Below the pieces are notes generated by a model that did no database searches, had not been told where the DNA came from, and was given only the letters and a program-made list of their open reading frames with translations. The translations under genes were made by a program, and so were the position numbers. A stretch of 64,000 bases of DNA. It comes from a virus (taxonomy: Duplodnaviria > Caudoviricetes). This document shows, piece after piece, positions 28,363-38,985 of this stretch (the first letter of the stretch is position 1; every line of letters begins with the position of its first letter). The stretch is from the IMG/VR virus record IMGVR_UViG_3300021090_000017, positions 2,053-66,052 of that record; one strand, written 5' to 3'.

Positions 28363-29644
28363 TTTCTAAAACCTTTCTGAATTTAGTAATAAATTCATTA
28401 ATATCTATATTCTCATAACACTGGCTGTATCCTCCCTTTGAATTTTTACATGGTGTATTCATATGACTAAAACATGGAGAACATTCCTTCTTACAATTTA
28501 CCCAGTCTGAATTTTTATATAATGATAAACGTATCTCTCCTGGGAATGGTCCATAAACACCCATACATGGAACATCTAATGAAGCAGCTATATGCATCAT
28601 TGCACTATCAGTACCTACTACTATTTTAGCTAATGAACATAATGCAACTCCATAATCTAATTCTAATGAATAAGGAGAAAAGTTAAATATATCTTTATTT
28701 ATATATTTTTGGTCTACCTTTTCTAAAAATTTATTAACCATATCTGAGTTATGAGGTGCATCTGTTATAATTATTTTATTTCCATCCTTCAATAATTCAT
28801 TTACTATTTTTAACCATACATCTGGGCTTGGAGTTCTTATAGGTGAACTAGCTTTAAGTTGTAGTAATATAAAATCCTTACCTTTAAATCCTAGTTCTTC
28901 TATTTTATTTTGAACTTCATTTAACGTTTCTTTTTTTGGTTCTTGTTTTGGTTGCAATAAATCATTTGATAAATCTAAACCCATCCATTTACTAAATAAA
29001 TTATATGCATTTTCAGTCTCTGATTGTTTTGTTCTTTCTATTACACCTTCAAAAATTACATGATAATCAGATTGTATTAATTTCTGAAACCCGAACGGAA
29101 GGTCTAAAACTTCATCAATGAATGCCCATGCTTTAACCATAGATTGATATTGAGGACCACATGCAAACTTAATTTTACATGTAGGATATTTTTGTTTTAA
29201 ATATATAAGATTTGGTTGGATAAAAAGAAGATCTCCAATACCTCCGGTTCTCCAAACTAAAAGTGTTTTATTAGTAAGGTCTTGACCTTGATATTGTTTA
29301 TATAATGAATTAAATTTAATGGATGCAGGCTTTAAAATTTTATCTTTTAAGTTTCTAGGGTCAAGGTGTAATTGTTCAAACATTCCTAAACCCATTACAT
29401 ATTTACCTTTTTTCTTTAGCCTTTGTTTTTTAGATCTATTTTGTGTAAACTCTACATCTCTAGTAGATTCAGCTATAATTATATTATGTGGATGCTTTTT
29501 TAGTTCATCAATATTATTTACAATTCTTAAACTATTAACCTTATCTATTCCTAATTTAGATAAATCATAGTCAGATGTTTTTTGTTGTTTAATTCCTGTC
29601 TTTCTATTAGTACTTTGTAAAAAATTCATTACAGATTCCTCCAT
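28349..29644 (-). CDS. Glycosyltransferase family 9-like
   Basis: RTGGIGDL, GTDSAMMHIAASLDVP..GVYGP. Confidence 0.82.
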   Translation of the reverse strand: MEESVMNFLQSTNRKTGIKQQKTSDYDLSKLGIDKVNSLRIVNNIDELKKHPHNIIIAESTRDVEFTQNRSKKQRLKKKGKYVMGLGMFEQLHLDPRNLKDKILKPASIKFNSLYKQYQGQDLTNKTLLVWRTGGIGDLLFIQPNLIYLKQKYPTCKIKFACGPQYQSMVKAWAFIDEVLDLPFGFQKLIQSDYHVIFEGVIERTKQSETENAYNLFSKWMGLDLSNDLLQPKQEPKKETLNEVQNKIEELGFKGKDFILLQLKASSPIRTPSPDVWLKIVNELLKDGNKIIITDAPHNSDMVNKFLEKVDQKYINKDIFNFSPYSLELDYGVALCSLAKIVVGTDSAMMHIAASLDVPCMGVYGPFPGEIRLSLYKNSDWVNCKKECSPCFSHMNTPCKNSKGGYSQCYENIDINEFITKFRKVLENANK

Positions 29645-29665
29645 TCGATTTAAAAATTTATATTC

Positions 29666-30079
29666 TTAAAAACCAAGTTTACTTATTTTAGATGATATTC
29701 TTGAAATTTCCCAATCTATTAATTTTAATTTTTGTTGCTCATTAGCTAATAATACTCCAGTATATAATGGAATCTTAGACTCCAGTTCCATCTTCTTCTG
29801 ATGTAAATAATTTAAGTAACATTGATGGTTACATTTAAAAATCATTTTCTTATGTAAAATTTGATTTACAGGGTCTTTTAAATCAGCATCGCTCATTAAA
29901 TTTGAACAATATTTTTCATAACATATCTTCATTGCCATATTTTTATTAGTCACTTCACCGCCAGCTACAGATGATGTTGTGTGTCTTACTGCTCCTGCTA
30001 ATCCATTTCTAGTATTACGATTAATACTAGAATTCATTTGAACTTGTTCTAAATATGTATTTAAGAATGTTTTTTTCAT
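29666..30079 (-). CDS. Hypothetical protein with Cys-hairpin variant
   Basis: FLNTYLEQ leader; CYEKYC..DP..CNHQC. Confidence 0.55.
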   Translation of the reverse strand: MKKTFLNTYLEQVQMNSSINRNTRNGLAGAVRHTTSSVAGGEVTNKNMAMKICYEKYCSNLMSDADLKDPVNQILHKKMIFKCNHQCYLNYLHQKKMELESKIPLYTGVLLANEQQKLKLIDWEISRISSKISKLGF

Positions 30080-30082
30080 AAA

Positions 30083-30346
30083 TTAAGTATGCCTCCAAAT
30101 ATCTTGTGCAGCTTGCTTTCTTATTTTTTCTTTTTTTCTTTCTAATATAAAATTAGTAAAATAATTATTTATTTCATCCTTCTTGCTACCACATCTTAAA
30201 CAAACTTTTTTATGAAATTCTTTTTTGTAGTTACCTTTTGGTAATTTTTCATTTAATGTTGTACTAATATTTCTTAGTATTTCTTCTTCATTTAATGTTT
30301 TAATTTTTTCCCAATCATGTCTCCATAAGAAACATATAATATTCAT
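30083..30346 (-). CDS. Hypothetical protein
   Basis: ICFLWRHDW..CLRCG. Confidence 0.5.
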   Translation of the reverse strand: MNIICFLWRHDWEKIKTLNEEEILRNISTTLNEKLPKGNYKKEFHKKVCLRCGSKKDEINNYFTNFILERKKEKIRKQAAQDIWRHT

Positions 30347-30373
30347 TATTCAAGTACTCCCCTATTCAAAATA

Positions 30374-30631
30374 TTAATGGATGTTTAAAGTATAATCTTT
30401 TACCTTCATTATTGTTCCATCTTTAATACTATTTTTTAAAAGATCTAAAATCTTTAAACTACCGTTAAAATTACAAACTAAATATTGTTTGTTTTCAATA
30501 TCATCTTTAGAAACAACTATACCATATCCATCTTTTATTAAATATGACAATGATGTTTTAAAACAAGAAATTGTATGATATATTAATTCTTGTTCATCAT
30601 CTGAATACATTGTCATGTTTAAATACCTCAA
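30374..30631 (-). CDS. Hypothetical protein
   Basis: ORF downstream of class II motif. Confidence 0.45.
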   Translation of the reverse strand: MRYLNMTMYSDDEQELIYHTISCFKTSLSYLIKDGYGIVVSKDDIENKQYLVCNFNGSLKILDLLKNSIKDGTIMKVKDYTLNIH

Positions 30632-30664
30632 TTTATATTTTGTTCTATATTTGTATATTCCTAA

Positions 30665-30883
30665 CTATTTATCATATTTTAATCTATTATAAATCTCAAT
30701 AATAATTGGAATATAAAAAAATATTGAGATGTAAGCTAGAACTTTATATATAAAACCTTTTTTAATATATCTAAATATAAAACCATCTGTTTGATTACTA
30801 TATGTGAAAACTACTACACTTAAAAATAGAGACATTAAATAAATCCCTAATAGAGGATTTCCTTGTGATATTAATTCTTTCAT
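30665..30883 (-). CDS. Small membrane protein
   Basis: Two hydrophobic helices, GGAGG RBS. Confidence 0.5.
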   Translation of the reverse strand: MKELISQGNPLLGIYLMSLFLSVVVFTYSNQTDGFIFRYIKKGFIYKVLAYISIFFYIPIIIEIYNRLKYDK

Positions 30884-30900
30884 TTATTTATCCTCCATGT

Positions 30901-30947
30901 AAAAAATGAGGATAACAAAATTATTACCTTTGTTATCCTCATAAAAA
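30901..30947 (-). terminator. Intrinsic terminator
   Basis: atgaggataacaaa / tttgttatcctcat stem with A tract. Confidence 0.75.
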
Positions 30948-30967
30948 GTTAGAGTAAATCTAAAATA

Positions 30968-31477
30968 TTACTTACATCCCATTGGGATACACCTTCCTGC
31001 TGTAGCAACACATTTTCTTCTTGCAACAGGGTCAGTATTAAATTTTGATAAACACTTTGCCATTATTTGACCAGCACCAGCAGCAGCATTAGAATTAGCA
31101 ATTGTCTGTTCTTCAATAGTTTCCTCTTTAATTGCACTACATTCTTTTTTTATTTGCATACATTCTTTAAAGATACTCTTTTTAATCATTAAATCAATAG
31201 ATTCCCCAATAGGTCCAATAGGACCACCTGCTGTATCCTCTTCGTCAGATTCTTTATCATCTTTACCCCAATCAGAATTTCTTTCAGATGATTTTAATTC
31301 ATCAGGATCTAAAGGATTATCTTTTGAATTTCCCATAATTCCAGATGGTTTATCCAAATCTTTTGAATCCTTATTTTTAGTAAGTTCTAAATCTACATTA
31401 TCATCATCTTCTTCATCATGAAGAAATATCTTCTTCTCTAATACTTGCTCAAATAAATATATATCTTTTAAATTCAT
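30968..31477 (-). CDS. Acidic candidate virion/internal protein
   Basis: Acidic, several (I/L/F)xE sites, C-terminal C..DP..C..C. Confidence 0.5.
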   Translation of the reverse strand: MNLKDIYLFEQVLEKKIFLHDEEDDDNVDLELTKNKDSKDLDKPSGIMGNSKDNPLDPDELKSSERNSDWGKDDKESDEEDTAGGPIGPIGESIDLMIKKSIFKECMQIKKECSAIKEETIEEQTIANSNAAAGAGQIMAKCLSKFNTDPVARRKCVATAGRCIPMGCK

Positions 31478-31489
31478 AATTATGTCTCC

Positions 31490-31870
31490 TTAACAATTAG
31501 CAAGACAATTTTGTCTTGCAGATGGATCTGGATTTTTCAGACAATTTTGTTTGCATTTATTCTTCTTAATTTTCTTCCATAAAGCTGCTGCACCTAAAGC
31601 TGCTACGCCTACCCCAACTTTAGTTCCAGTACTTAATTTACCAATTTTACCTTTAGAAGTATTAATCATAGCTTTAGTTTTATCAACAATACCACTGTTA
31701 GGGTCTTGACCAGGTTTTAACATTCCTGTAGATTTTAATCTTTTAATATTATCGCGGTTAACTTTTCCTAATGAAATTTCTTTATCTGCTCTTGTTAATT
31801 CAGTAACAATTTTATAAGATTTTTTTATTATACTATCTGATGATTCCTTTAATATTTTATCATAATTCAT
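31490..31870 (-). CDS. Candidate internal head protein (YxxILKES leader, Cys hairpin)
   Basis: MNYDKILKES; hydrophobic GVGVAALGAAALW; CKQNC-X11-CLANC. Confidence 0.6.
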   Translation of the reverse strand: MNYDKILKESSDSIIKKSYKIVTELTRADKEISLGKVNRDNIKRLKSTGMLKPGQDPNSGIVDKTKAMINTSKGKIGKLSTGTKVGVGVAALGAAALWKKIKKNKCKQNCLKNPDPSARQNCLANC

Positions 31871-31904
31871 ATTTTATAATCCTCCAAATAAATGGTAATA
31901 TTTT

Positions 31905-32969
31905 TTATTTGTTCTGGATATCTGCAAGTGTCTTAATTAACAAACCATTAGCAACAGCAGTCATCGGGTTCTTTGCTCTACGAATTTCTTTAATTTCAAA
32001 TGGTAGATTATTCTTAGTTAAGTTATCTCTCAACATTTCGATGAATCCGGTTGGCATCGAAGTTCCTCCTGAGACAACAATAGGAAGTTTTTCATCAACT
32101 TCAATATCTACTTTATCACTAAATTCTTTAATAAGTTTTTTAACTGTATAATCAATTAATGATTCATAGTAGTAACATAGGGCTTCAACTACTCTTGCTT
32201 TCTTTTTATCTTTAACTCCAATTGGGCCTTCAGTAAGATTCAATTCTTTCTCTTTAGTTGAAGTTACTCTATTTTGAACTATACCTAAATTCTGTGCAAC
32301 ATTTTCATCAATCCAATCACCTGATCTTGCAGTTGAGAATTTTAATACTTCAACTCCTTTATACATAACACAACAATTAACCATACCAGCTCCGAATGAA
32401 AGACCTACACCAGAAAATCCTTCATTCTTACACTCTGAATATATAATAGCAGCTGCTTCATTAATAGGAGTATGATTTACTCCCAAGCTATTTAAGATCT
32501 TTCCAAATACTCTTGTATGATATGTAATAGATCTATTTTCATCAATAGCTTCTGCTGGAATTGAATATGAACAATATACTTCCTTATCTTTCGTATCACC
32601 TATAAGGTCTTTTATAATAAGAGTAAGAACATCCATTGCTGAAATTTCATCTGATGAAATCAATCCCTTTTTCATTGGCCTTGAAATTTGATGACCGAAT
32701 ATATTAGCCATCTTAAATGCATCTTCTCCGATTACAAATAGTTTTCCATCATCTCCTTTAACATATGAAATATTAGATAATTCATTAACTGAAATTTCAT
32801 CTTGGTCTAATGGAAGGAATACATTCCTAGTTAGTTTTACATCATTAGAATCTGATCTGGCGCAAACAATATTCATTGTACCACAATCAAGTCCTATAGA
32901 CACAATCTTATTTTTCTTCTTTTCGATTTTCACATCTTTCACAAGTTCGTCTGATATCATGTCCGTCAT
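31905..32969 (-). CDS. Actin-like ATPase (MreB/ParM superfamily)
   Basis: IGLDCGT phosphate-1, RPMKKG, SIPA, INEAAA connect-1, SFGAG phosphate-2, VSGGTS adenosine, AVANG connect-2. Confidence 0.85.
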   Translation of the reverse strand: MTDMISDELVKDVKIEKKKNKIVSIGLDCGTMNIVCARSDSNDVKLTRNVFLPLDQDEISVNELSNISYVKGDDGKLFVIGEDAFKMANIFGHQISRPMKKGLISSDEISAMDVLTLIIKDLIGDTKDKEVYCSYSIPAEAIDENRSITYHTRVFGKILNSLGVNHTPINEAAAIIYSECKNEGFSGVGLSFGAGMVNCCVMYKGVEVLKFSTARSGDWIDENVAQNLGIVQNRVTSTKEKELNLTEGPIGVKDKKKARVVEALCYYYESLIDYTVKKLIKEFSDKVDIEVDEKLPIVVSGGTSMPTGFIEMLRDNLTKNNLPFEIKEIRRAKNPMTAVANGLLIKTLADIQNK

Positions 32970-33029
32970 TTTTACTTACCTCCAAATAGATTATATATTT
33001 ATTATGTTCTATTAATTTTATTTAAAATC

Positions 33030-34232
33030 TTACAATTTAGCCCATTCTTTTAATTTTTCATCGTCTGGGAAAGCTTCTAGATATTGATTAATGCTTCCCT
33101 TACTTTTTGATCGCCATTGATTGTTAGTATCAAACAACTTCTTTATTTCTCTTTTATTTCCTTCTAATAATATTTTTCCATTATCACCAATAGATTCAGC
33201 AAATATTTCAAATCCATATTTACATTGTTTTCCTGACCAAGTTCTTTCTTTCTTTTCTTCTTTGATTATATCTATAAAAATATTATTCCATAAATTTATC
33301 ATTTTATTTATATCATATAATTCTAATGCTCTATCTTTTAATATCTTTGTTTTATCCACTGGATTTAAAAATATATCATTTATATTGTTAATATAATCTT
33401 TTATATTATTGCTTACTCTACCATAACCTTCAACAATATATTTCTCAGATGGGTTATTTAAAACTACAGGTTCAACCCCACAAGCCATTGTTTCGCCTAA
33501 AACTTGTTCACATGTTCCAAAATGTTTTTCGTTTAATGGATATCCAAACACATCAAATGTAGTTATTATATCTTCTATATTATTATTAATAAAACCTTTA
33601 AATTCAAATATTTCATCTATCCCATGAATTGCTATTCTATTTTTAATTTTTTCTTCATCACCACCAGTACCACAAATAATAAATTTTACATTTGGAATTT
33701 TTTGATGTATTCCTTTACATATATCTACAAATTTTGGGTGTAATTTTGAATAATCTAAAGTACCAATATAACCAACCACAAATTTAGATTTATCTAAAAC
33801 TTTTTCTTTATGTATATATTTCTCTATTCCTCCTGTAGTCCAAATAAAATTTTCTCCGCTTACTGGAGATGAAAATAAAAATTTATCAGGATAATTAATC
33901 AAATCTTTTGTAAAATTATAAGGAGAATATAAGCCAGAAATATGTGACCATATACATAACCTATTTGCAGGCATCTTTGAATTTATAAGAAATTCAAATA
34001 GGTATGGATGATTCCAAAAATGAATAATAACTATATCTGCTTTACTAACTAATATATTTATATCATCATATTTATTTCTCATATTTTTATATTTAATATT
34101 ATAATCATTATCATAATAATTATGATTTAATAATAATATTGTATGTTCATTTTCAAAATCTTTTTTAATCCAATTTTTTAGTACAGTCCCAACCCCACCT
34201 CCAATATGTACAGCTATATGTAATATTTTCAT
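33030..34232 (-). CDS. Glycosyltransferase (GT4-like)
   Basis: MKILH..GGGV, VGYIGTLDYSK, DVFGYPL..GETMACG. Confidence 0.75.
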   Translation of the reverse strand: MKILHIAVHIGGGVGTVLKNWIKKDFENEHTILLLNHNYYDNDYNIKYKNMRNKYDDINILVSKADIVIIHFWNHPYLFEFLINSKMPANRLCIWSHISGLYSPYNFTKDLINYPDKFLFSSPVSGENFIWTTGGIEKYIHKEKVLDKSKFVVGYIGTLDYSKLHPKFVDICKGIHQKIPNVKFIICGTGGDEEKIKNRIAIHGIDEIFEFKGFINNNIEDIITTFDVFGYPLNEKHFGTCEQVLGETMACGVEPVVLNNPSEKYIVEGYGRVSNNIKDYINNINDIFLNPVDKTKILKDRALELYDINKMINLWNNIFIDIIKEEKKERTWSGKQCKYGFEIFAESIGDNGKILLEGNKREIKKLFDTNNQWRSKSKGSINQYLEAFPDDEKLKEWAKL

Positions 34233-34897
34233 TTTATTATTTCTGGTAATTTCCAGTTATCCTTTAAAAATTTATTTTTATCTGTATGTCTTCCTGGTTG
34301 AAAGTAATTTCCAAATACAAACCAATTTGGTTTAAATAATATAGTTTTTGGATTTAATCCTTTATAAATTTTCTGAGCAAATCTTCCGTCACCAGCTCCA
34401 TCTAAATTATCAAAAGTATGTTGTTTAAATATTCTTCCTTTAATAAAAAATTCTCCGAGACCTATATGACATGGTTTGACCTGTGATATATCTTTCATTA
34501 TAATTGGATGTACTGGATGTGGTGCACCACCATCATTTGGTATTTTATCCCCACGATAATTTGAGAGATATACTATATTTATTTCAGGATCTAATTTTCT
34601 TAATTCTGAAAAAATACCATCTTCCCACATATCATCATCACCACAAAATCCATAAAAATCTTCGTCAATAATTTCATTTCCCTTAAGAAAGTGATTAAAT
34701 TTTTCATAACATTGTTGCCCTTTTTGTAACGGTGGGCATAAAAAAGGTTTAACCCATTCTAACGTATTATCTTTAAACGGTTCTATATCAACTTCATCAC
34801 ATATAGGATGCCATATAATATGTTTTGGTGTATAATAATGAATAAGTGTTTTATAAAGATATTTTCTATAATAAGGTGTTAGTATATGTATATTCAT
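34229..34897 (-). CDS. Glycosyltransferase (GT-A/GT2-like)
   Basis: ILTPYYR, CGDDD motif. Confidence 0.55.
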   Translation of the reverse strand: MNIHILTPYYRKYLYKTLIHYYTPKHIIWHPICDEVDIEPFKDNTLEWVKPFLCPPLQKGQQCYEKFNHFLKGNEIIDEDFYGFCGDDDMWEDGIFSELRKLDPEINIVYLSNYRGDKIPNDGGAPHPVHPIIMKDISQVKPCHIGLGEFFIKGRIFKQHTFDNLDGAGDGRFAQKIYKGLNPKTILFKPNWFVFGNYFQPGRHTDKNKFLKDNWKLPEIIK

Positions 34898-36063
34898 AAT
34901 ATTTCTCCTTGGTAGTTTAATTTTTTTAATTTATCATTCATAGTTTCTATATGAGCAAAAGAAGTTATCATAATTTTTGGAATATTACAATCTTTAATAA
35001 AATCTGAAGGTAGTACTTCCATACTATCAATTCTCATTCTCTGCTTTTGTTTTGTATCATCAAACAACTTAACATTAAATTTATTTAATGGTGTATTATT
35101 CCATAAATAATTAAACTCTCTACTTACTCCATAAATACCTAAAATACCATTAATTTTAATATTATTTATTTCTTTTCTTCTTTTTATTAATTGTTTATAA
35201 CTTTCATCTATATAGTCTAAAACACTTTTATTTTGATCTTCCATTTTATAATATATAGTAGTTGGTTTTTTAATAAATTTCATTGTAAGATTTGGAAGCT
35301 TTCCAGATTTACTAATTAAATTTGGAAATGTAGTTTTATATTCTAACATTGTAAACCCATTATTATATGCTATTTGTTTAAGTTGAGATGGGCCAAAATG
35401 TTGTATGTGTTCTCTCATAAGAAAAAAATAAAAATCAAAAAAACTATTTTTATAATATTTGCTAGCATCTGGAACACTAATACATAAAATACCATTATCT
35501 TTAATAACTCTTCTTGCTTCTAAAAAGAATATATTTGGATCTATTAAATGTTCTACAACTTGATCTGCTACAACAATATCAAAAGTATTATTCTGAAATG
35601 GAATCTGTTCTGCAGTACCTTGTGTTATATTTATTAATTTGTTTTTAGCAATATCTATAAATCGTTGTGATGGATCTATTCCGTATAAATTATCACATAA
35701 CCCATTCAATGACCAAAGAAATCCTCCCATAGCACAACCTACATCTAAAATTTTACTTTCCTTTTTAACATCATTTATAATAGTTTTATATAATTCGCCA
35801 TATCTATTTAATGAATCTATACTATTATTTCCTGGTATATCTCCAGTCTTATTTGGGGAAGTAATATTACATTGGCTATATTCATCTAAATAATAATCAT
35901 TCAATCCTTTAACTTGTTCATCAGTTAAATAATTAAATATGTGCCCACAATTATTGCACGATACAACTGTAACTGTATCATATAAATGAGAATAATCGAA
36001 ACCTCCGCAATTTAAATTTAATATTACTTTGTAATCATTTGAACCGCATATTACACAATCCAT
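34894..36063 (-). CDS. Zn-finger SAM-dependent methyltransferase (sugar C-methyltransferase-like)
   Basis: CVICG, CNNCG, ILDVGCAMG, VVEH, EHIQHF. Confidence 0.75.
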   Translation of the reverse strand: MDCVICGSNDYKVILNLNCGGFDYSHLYDTVTVVSCNNCGHIFNYLTDEQVKGLNDYYLDEYSQCNITSPNKTGDIPGNNSIDSLNRYGELYKTIINDVKKESKILDVGCAMGGFLWSLNGLCDNLYGIDPSQRFIDIAKNKLINITQGTAEQIPFQNNTFDIVVADQVVEHLIDPNIFFLEARRVIKDNGILCISVPDASKYYKNSFFDFYFFLMREHIQHFGPSQLKQIAYNNGFTMLEYKTTFPNLISKSGKLPNLTMKFIKKPTTIYYKMEDQNKSVLDYIDESYKQLIKRRKEINNIKINGILGIYGVSREFNYLWNNTPLNKFNVKLFDDTKQKQRMRIDSMEVLPSDFIKDCNIPKIMITSFAHIETMNDKLKKLNYQGEIL

Positions 36064-36077
36064 ATAATTTCTCCTTA

Positions 36078-36629
36078 CTAATTTTTAAAAAAGAAACAGA
36101 TAGAATAATAAATTTTAATACTTTTCAAAATATTATTTGCCATTAAATCATCAATAAATTTATACATTATTGTTGTTGCAGGAACACCATCATTTATAAG
36201 TTCTCCATTTTGAAAGTCTTTTCTTTGAGTTCCATAATCTTCAATTACATAACATTTTTTTGTTTTTTCATATAATAAATTAAATGTTTTTTTTATGTCG
36301 CTACTATAATGAGATCCATCATCTATAACAATATCAGGATAACCATATTTTGTTATTATTGATTCTATAAATTCTTTATCACATGCATTTCCTATTTCGA
36401 CAAAAATTCTTTCTTCTTCAAATTTAAATTCTGGTATAATATCTATCCCAATTATCAATGCATTTTGAAAATAATCTCTAAATCCTCTTAAGCTTCCGCC
36501 TCCAAGAACTCCTATTTCAAATACTAATTTTATGTTTTCTTTTTCTAAACTTAAAAAAGCATCCTCGTAAACTCCATGATAATCTCTTTCTTTATTTGTT
36601 TCTAGATATTTTCCAAATATATTATTCAT
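36078..36629 (-). CDS. O-methyltransferase
   Basis: FEIGVLGGGS, GIDI, DIVIDDGSH, YVIED. Confidence 0.8.
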   Translation of the reverse strand: MNNIFGKYLETNKERDYHGVYEDAFLSLEKENIKLVFEIGVLGGGSLRGFRDYFQNALIIGIDIIPEFKFEEERIFVEIGNACDKEFIESIITKYGYPDIVIDDGSHYSSDIKKTFNLLYEKTKKCYVIEDYGTQRKDFQNGELINDGVPATTIMYKFIDDLMANNILKSIKIYYSICFFFKN

Positions 36630-37601
36630 TTATAATTTACCTAAAATATTTTCAGCATGATCATCTAAATCAACTGGCATTCCAGCAACTAATTGATTAC
36701 AATCATAACATACAGGATGATTCTTTCTCTCCTTATTTAACATTATTTTTCTTAAATTCCAAAATGTTTTATCTTCCCATAAACTCTTTAAGCTTTCATT
36801 TTTTGCATCACCTATTACTAATTTCTTATTCCAATCTAAGAAACAAGCAGAAGCATCACCATCAGCATGAATAAAGAAACTATAGAAAACATAAGGACAT
36901 GTCGTTACTTCTTTTAGTTCTTGTCCATATATACCAACATTTTGATTAACGTTTTCTACCTTAACATCTCTCCAACAATTCATAGTGTGTTCAATATCAC
37001 AACCATCTGTAATCAAACTAAATATATCATTGAATGTTTTCTTCTCTTCGTCTGTTAGATAATCACCTGCAATTTTAGCAAATATAATTTGGTTTTCTTT
37101 TTTAGCTTCAAATAGATTTTTAACATTAAAACAAATCTCTTTAAATGTTATATTTTTATTATTAGTGAACTTCTGATAGTTCTCTGTATTCATTGCTTCT
37201 ATAGATATATTAATTCTATCTATACCAGAATCTATAAGTTCTTTAATTAATTCTGTGGAAAGTCTTGAAGCATTAGTAGTGGTATCAACTTCTAATACTT
37301 TCTTACTTGCTTTAGCATACTTAACCATTTCACAAAAATTTGGATTAAGCAATGGTTCACCGAAACCATAAAGTCTAATAGTCTTAACTGGTGATTCAAA
37401 TTCTTCTAAATCATCAATAAGTTTTTTAAATAAACTCATACTCATTATAGAAGGACTTTTAATATTTTTATTCATACAAAATCCACATTTAAAATTACAT
37501 GCACTCGACGGATCAATAAATATACAGTAAGGAGTCTTTAATGGAATTTCAGATTTTAAATCAGTTCTTTTATTTAGTTGAATTCTTTTCATCTTGGACA
37601 A
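36630..37601 (-). CDS. Radical SAM/SPASM protein
   Basis: CNFKCGFC, GEPLL, TTNA, CPYVF..C..CYDC. Confidence 0.85.
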   Translation of the reverse strand: MSKMKRIQLNKRTDLKSEIPLKTPYCIFIDPSSACNFKCGFCMNKNIKSPSIMSMSLFKKLIDDLEEFESPVKTIRLYGFGEPLLNPNFCEMVKYAKASKKVLEVDTTTNASRLSTELIKELIDSGIDRINISIEAMNTENYQKFTNNKNITFKEICFNVKNLFEAKKENQIIFAKIAGDYLTDEEKKTFNDIFSLITDGCDIEHTMNCWRDVKVENVNQNVGIYGQELKEVTTCPYVFYSFFIHADGDASACFLDWNKKLVIGDAKNESLKSLWEDKTFWNLRKIMLNKERKNHPVCYDCNQLVAGMPVDLDDHAENILGKL

Positions 37602-38968
37602 ATCCTCTTTAATACCTCTCTATAAATTTTTCCTTCTTCATGTATAGTTCTTGGCGGGATAACTGAGTGTGATGTAGAACATTGAATATGTGAAATATGG
37701 TCTGAGTTAATTCTTGCAACTTTTCTTTTTTTATAACGCATAATTTCTAATAAAAGATCATCGCCATAAAAATATTTTAATTCTTTAGGAATATCAACCC
37801 AATCTTCTGTTCTTCCAAATTGAAACCACCCAGTCATACATGATCTTGGATTTACTGGAAATATATATGAAGTTTCTTTATTTGATTCTAATGAAATATA
37901 AACATTAAGAGGTTGATAAATAGCTGTCTCTATTTGAAGTAACCCTATATCTGAATCCTTTTCCATTATCTCAAAACAGCTATTTATTATGTTTGATCTA
38001 CATGCAACATCATCATTTATTAATAAATAATATTTTGTCTCACATATTTTCATTCCGGAATTATATGATGCCCCTTGATTTCCAGGTTGTTTTAAAATAA
38101 CAAATTTTTCAGTAGGAGAAAAAAATTTATCAAAACTCTTATCTTCAGTATTATCTATAATAACTATTTTTCTTATAAAATCATTAGAATTTAATTGTTC
38201 TAAAGTATATTTAAATACATCAAGAGGACACCTTAACATAGTTGGTATTACCACAGTAATATAATCTTTATTATCTTGAGCTATAATTTCTTCTTCAATA
38301 TTATCCTTAACTTCAATTGGGTCTTCAATAAAATCTAAAGCTTTATCCCCACCATGATGCCCCATAGTTGAGAAGCTACCTATATGTTGAATTACCGATG
38401 GTCTGGTTACTATTATTTTTTTTCTTTTAGCTCTAGTTCTTCCATTAGATGTAGTATCCCAACTAGTTTTAGTATTAAATGATGGGACTATAATATCGTA
38501 ATATGTATTTATATTATATACCATATTAATACCACCACAACTTCCTTTAACATAATAATCTTCATGAGTTTCTCTTATAGGGTGATTTGCTAATGTATTA
38601 AAACCAGTTACTATATCTTCTGGAAATCTATTATGTAAATCTAAAACTCTATTTAACCATTCTTTTCTTAAAATGCAATCAGGATCTAAATTTATTAAAG
38701 TTTTACATCCTTCACTTATTAAATAATCCATTGCAGCTTTTAAAGTAATCCATATTTGTGAATTTAATTTAGTTTTTAATATTATAGTTTTTTCAGGATA
38801 TACTGCTTTAACTCTTTCTAAAATTGGTTTAACATTTTCAGTACTACAATCATCAACAATACAAATAATATCTACTTTGGAAAGATCTGAGTTTAAAAGA
38901 GAATCAACAAAAGTTCTTAAATAGTCTATTCTATTATATGTTGTAATTGCTAACCCAACTTTTCCCAT
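37589..38968 (-). CDS. Tandem GT2-family glycosyltransferase
   Basis: ITTYNR, VDDCS, LDPD; second domain VVIPT, IIDN, INDD, YGDD. Confidence 0.78.
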   Translation of the reverse strand: MGKVGLAITTYNRIDYLRTFVDSLLNSDLSKVDIICIVDDCSTENVKPILERVKAVYPEKTIILKTKLNSQIWITLKAAMDYLISEGCKTLINLDPDCILRKEWLNRVLDLHNRFPEDIVTGFNTLANHPIRETHEDYYVKGSCGGINMVYNINTYYDIIVPSFNTKTSWDTTSNGRTRAKRKKIIVTRPSVIQHIGSFSTMGHHGGDKALDFIEDPIEVKDNIEEEIIAQDNKDYITVVIPTMLRCPLDVFKYTLEQLNSNDFIRKIVIIDNTEDKSFDKFFSPTEKFVILKQPGNQGASYNSGMKICETKYYLLINDDVACRSNIINSCFEIMEKDSDIGLLQIETAIYQPLNVYISLESNKETSYIFPVNPRSCMTGWFQFGRTEDWVDIPKELKYFYGDDLLLEIMRYKKRKVARINSDHISHIQCSTSHSVIPPRTIHEEGKIYREVLKRICPR

Positions 38969-38985
38969 TCATAGTTCCTCACTTT

